NCBI GenBank assembly: GCA_965178125.1
Contig: OZ237750.1
Location: 434,001 to 498,000 of the forward strand
From: Bilabrum cf. latius
Lineage: Eukaryota
Length of the DNA: 64,000 nucleotides
Reading direction: 5' to 3'
Below the pieces are notes generated by a model, which was not told the DNA's origin, ran no database searches, and was given only the letters and a program-made list of their open reading frames with translations. Position 1 is the first letter of the stretch. Every line of letters begins with the position of its first letter. This document shows positions 61,401 to 64,000 of the stretch, piece after piece. The position numbers and the translations under genes were made by a program.

Positions 61401-63723
61401 ATGCACACGGAAGGCTTCCTCACCGAGGCGGGACCGGTATGACGCGCGATAGCGCACTGGGAGTGCGGAACGCATCAACATGCTCCTAAAGGACATTGCA
61501 CCCTCCGACAGCGAGGCCTCTTGCTCGTCAATGGATGAGGCAGAGGGCCAGTCGCCTCGGAGGGCGAGGCGCAAGCGGTCCAAGGAGCGCAGGCGACGAG
61601 AACGCAGCCTCGAGTCATCCAATTCTTCTATTGGCTCGTCAGCGCACCCAGACCTGCCTCAAGTCAAACCACGATCTGCGCAGGGGCTTACAAAAGACGC
61701 TATCATCCACGGCGAGCCCGTATTGCCGTCCTTTTTATCCATTGAAGTGAGGGCTTTGCTTCGATCATTACTGAGCAAGGACCCGTCCATGCGACCCAGC
61801 GCCAGCAGCGTCAAGCGACACACACCGTGGCAGATAGGAGGAGATGCGTCCGGTATTGGCGTGAGGCCGCCCTGGCTGTCTTTGTCTCCGCTCTTTGGTG
61901 GGCTTGAGAATCCTACGGATAGGCTATCGTTGGACGCGGGTTCGCTTCATGCCGCCACAGGCGCAATAGCGGTACCACCGCAGCTGGATCTTCCGCAGCC
62001 CAATTTGATCCAGCAAAGGTTCAAGTCGGTGTCGGCTCAATCAAGGGCAGAGCAGACAGAGCCACTGGCTGCGGCAGGATCCACTCATCCCGTGGCATTG
62101 CCGAGCAACGGCCGCGCAACCAACTCTGCCGCCAGCTCACAAGCAGCCGGCACTGCCCGGTCTAGCCCCGGGCAGCTCGGCGTCCTCTCTCCCATCGTGG
62201 GTCAGTAGAGGCTGAGTTCGCCTGACAGCATTCGAAGCGCCAGGAGCGACAGGTCACCGCTGCAACCATCGCAGCGCTCGTTGTCCCCGACAGGACACGC
62301 CGCCGGCCTACCTGGTCTCGCGAGCTTGTCTGGGAGCACTGCCGGTCCAGATGTTGCAGCTGATAGTCATGGCGCGATTCGAGTGGACGAATCAGGGTCT
62401 GCATCACCCACGCTCGCGACTGATGGCGCGCACGCCAGCCCCCAGATTGGCGGGGGTCGAGTGATGGCAGCCCGGTCGCCTGCGCTGTCATCAACGTCCT
62501 CATTCAGGCGAGGGCGCAGAGGACCTGTCGCCGCAATCCGACTGGACAAACCGCGAGCTCTTCCGCGGTTGCAGACAACATCGTTCAATAGAACTCCCAG
62601 GGGTGCCGGTTTAGCCGGCGGGTCCGTCGGTGGGAGCATTGAGGCTGCCAAGAAATCTCCGCAGCACGCATCTTCTCCAAGCCTCATCCGAGCTGCATCG
62701 TTTTCGCTGCCAAGTGCTCCTGCAATCATTGCGAAGACCAAGCCTAAGATGTTTGGCATGTCGTTTGACGCCTCTCAATTCGAACAGTCCGCCCCAGGCA
62801 AGGGCTCGAGGAGCTAGTGGGGCGCCATGCCAGGCAGGCTAGGGTCCATCGGCAGGCAGCGAGAGCCGGACGGTGACATCAAAAAGGAAAAGGCTTCCGA
62901 GCTGCTCGGTGAGGAGACCCCGGATGACAAGGCTCCGATGCCAGGCGTGGTCACGGGAAGGATGTCGGGCATGGGTGGTTCGATGCGTGGCCGGATGATC
63001 GGGGAGGCGGCAGCAAGAGGGCGGCTTGGCATGGGCAGATCAGAAACCGATGCGTTCACGAGAGGCTCTCCAGTGCAGACGACAAGGATTAGGAAAGGCG
63101 GCGCTGTTGGGGTCGGCAGTCCGGGCATCCGATCTGTAATTAGTCTGGCGCGCCAGGAATCAGACGACTCTCTAGGCACTGCGGGGACTCGGAAACAGTC
63201 AGGATTCTCGCCTGCGCAGGGCAGCCCGCTCTCTCCGAACATGGGGAGCAGGGCAAGGCCATCAGCCCGAAGTATGGAAAGCCCGTCAAGTGCGGGGTTG
63301 CTTTCGCCGATTCGCGGAAGTCTTGGCTCACCTGGCATTACAGCCAGAGCGGGAACCAGCCCGGTGTCTGCAGCAGGATCAGGATCCCATGTTGCGCAAA
63401 GCCCAACAACAGGCCGAACGTTCGCCAGCCAATCTCCGCAGAAGCATGGCTATTTCCCTGCCAGAGATAGCAGCACAGCACATAGCCCTGGATCTGGTCA
63501 GCACTTAGCTGCCCTTGGTACTGGAAGCCTCCACCGCCGCAATGGTTCACCTTCATCCGTGAGGAGCGGTTCCACTGGCTCTCCATATGGCACAGAACGG
63601 AGACAACTTCCAGGATATGTTGGTGCGGTTAAAGTACCGCCTGCACTACAGCACGGGCTGAGACGGTTCCCGGGAGGGGCTTGCGCGGGCAGTACGCTGG
63701 CTGCCAGTAGACAAGGCACGTGA
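58459..63723 (+). CDS. Large single-exon CAMK/MARK-like Ser/Thr kinase with long disordered inserts, ~1,754 aa
   Basis: Eight same-frame track ORFs are joined by 12 TAG. GEGGFGTVY[TAG]A, VALK, HPHITELLEV, HLDVKPDNVLL, TDFGLA[TAG]YFT[TAG]G, PYLPPE, VDMWSLGV, LLSKDPSMRPS. Ends with tandem TGA TAA. Confidence 0.85.
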
Positions 63724-64000
63724 TAAGGCTAGAAGTCATTGGACGGACACGGTCTGACGGTGCACGCGGCCTCTGCATGGTTGATTGAGTACAGAAAACA
63801 ATAGTGTGTTCCTTAATTGGCAGTGATTATATCCGTGACCCTGCCCTAAATCCGTACATCCAAAATGTGACGAGTACGTCGGATACAAATCCGTACATCG
63901 AGCTTTACAGGTACAATCAGCAGCAATTAATTGAAGTTAGAGGAAAGTAAGACTTGGATTGAGAGCACAGATAAGATATTCATTCCGTGGGTAGCACAAA

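Noticed and set aside
1-63723. Interpreting the interrupted genes as pseudogenes or sequencing errors
   Set aside because: The interruptions are exclusively TAG, without frameshifts or internal TGA/TAA, in many essential genes with intact catalytic motifs. Decay or random error would not be codon-specific.
1-63723. UAG as pyrrolysine, Leu, Tyr or Glu
   Set aside because: The best-conserved sites (WQHPF, YAFQ, KQxNK) call for Gln. No pyl genes are seen and the DNA is eukaryotic. The MOCS2B site alone would tolerate Glu but is weakly conserved.
1-64000. Prokaryotic or phage origin (recoded phage, operons)
   Set aside because: Spliceosomal introns and eukaryote-specific genes (TSR1, WDR90, AGC kinase, otubain-like) are present.
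1-64000. Suppressor tRNA(CUA) or other RNA genes in intergenic gaps
   Set aside because: No tRNA cloverleaf or T-loop signature was recognised by eye. It needs a tRNAscan-SE run and probably lies elsewhere in the genome.

Overview
Compact, GC-rich nuclear DNA of a flagellated eukaryote (protist). It holds about 23 tightly packed protein-coding genes with short GT-AG introns (mostly 86-126 nt, donors GTGAG/GTAAG, acceptors almost always CGCAG/TGCAG). The main result is a non-standard nuclear genetic code. Roughly 90 in-frame TAG codons (hand count) interrupt about 17 otherwise intact genes. Several sit at conserved glutamines: WDR90 'WQHPF', AGC-kinase 'YAFQ', TSR1 'KQxNKAHK', GCAT 'LQE'. Genes end at TGA, and two appear to end at TAA; I found no in-frame TAA in any confident model. 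This points to UAG=Gln with UAA/UGA kept as stops, i.e. UAG uncoupled from UAA. The supplied standard-code ORF track therefore fragments most genes. Recoded genes: TSR1 (partial), MOCS2A+MOCS2B (likely bicistronic), a secreted GH50/agarase-like glycoside hydrolase, a ~2,800-aa RAP-domain protein, ENOSF1, WDR90, an SDR, a SHIPPO/STPG-like protein, a Tmc-like PAS membrane protein, a bL37-motif mitochondrial peptide, a PAP2 phosphatase, a PFU/PDZ-like protein, a Vps26/arrestin-like protein, an EF-hand protein, a myristoylated AGC kinase, MAT, GCAT, a catalytically dead otubain, an FkbM methyltransferase and a large CAMK-like kinase. No tRNA, rRNA, CRISPR array or mobile element was recognised. 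All family calls come from motif recognition by eye, without database searches.
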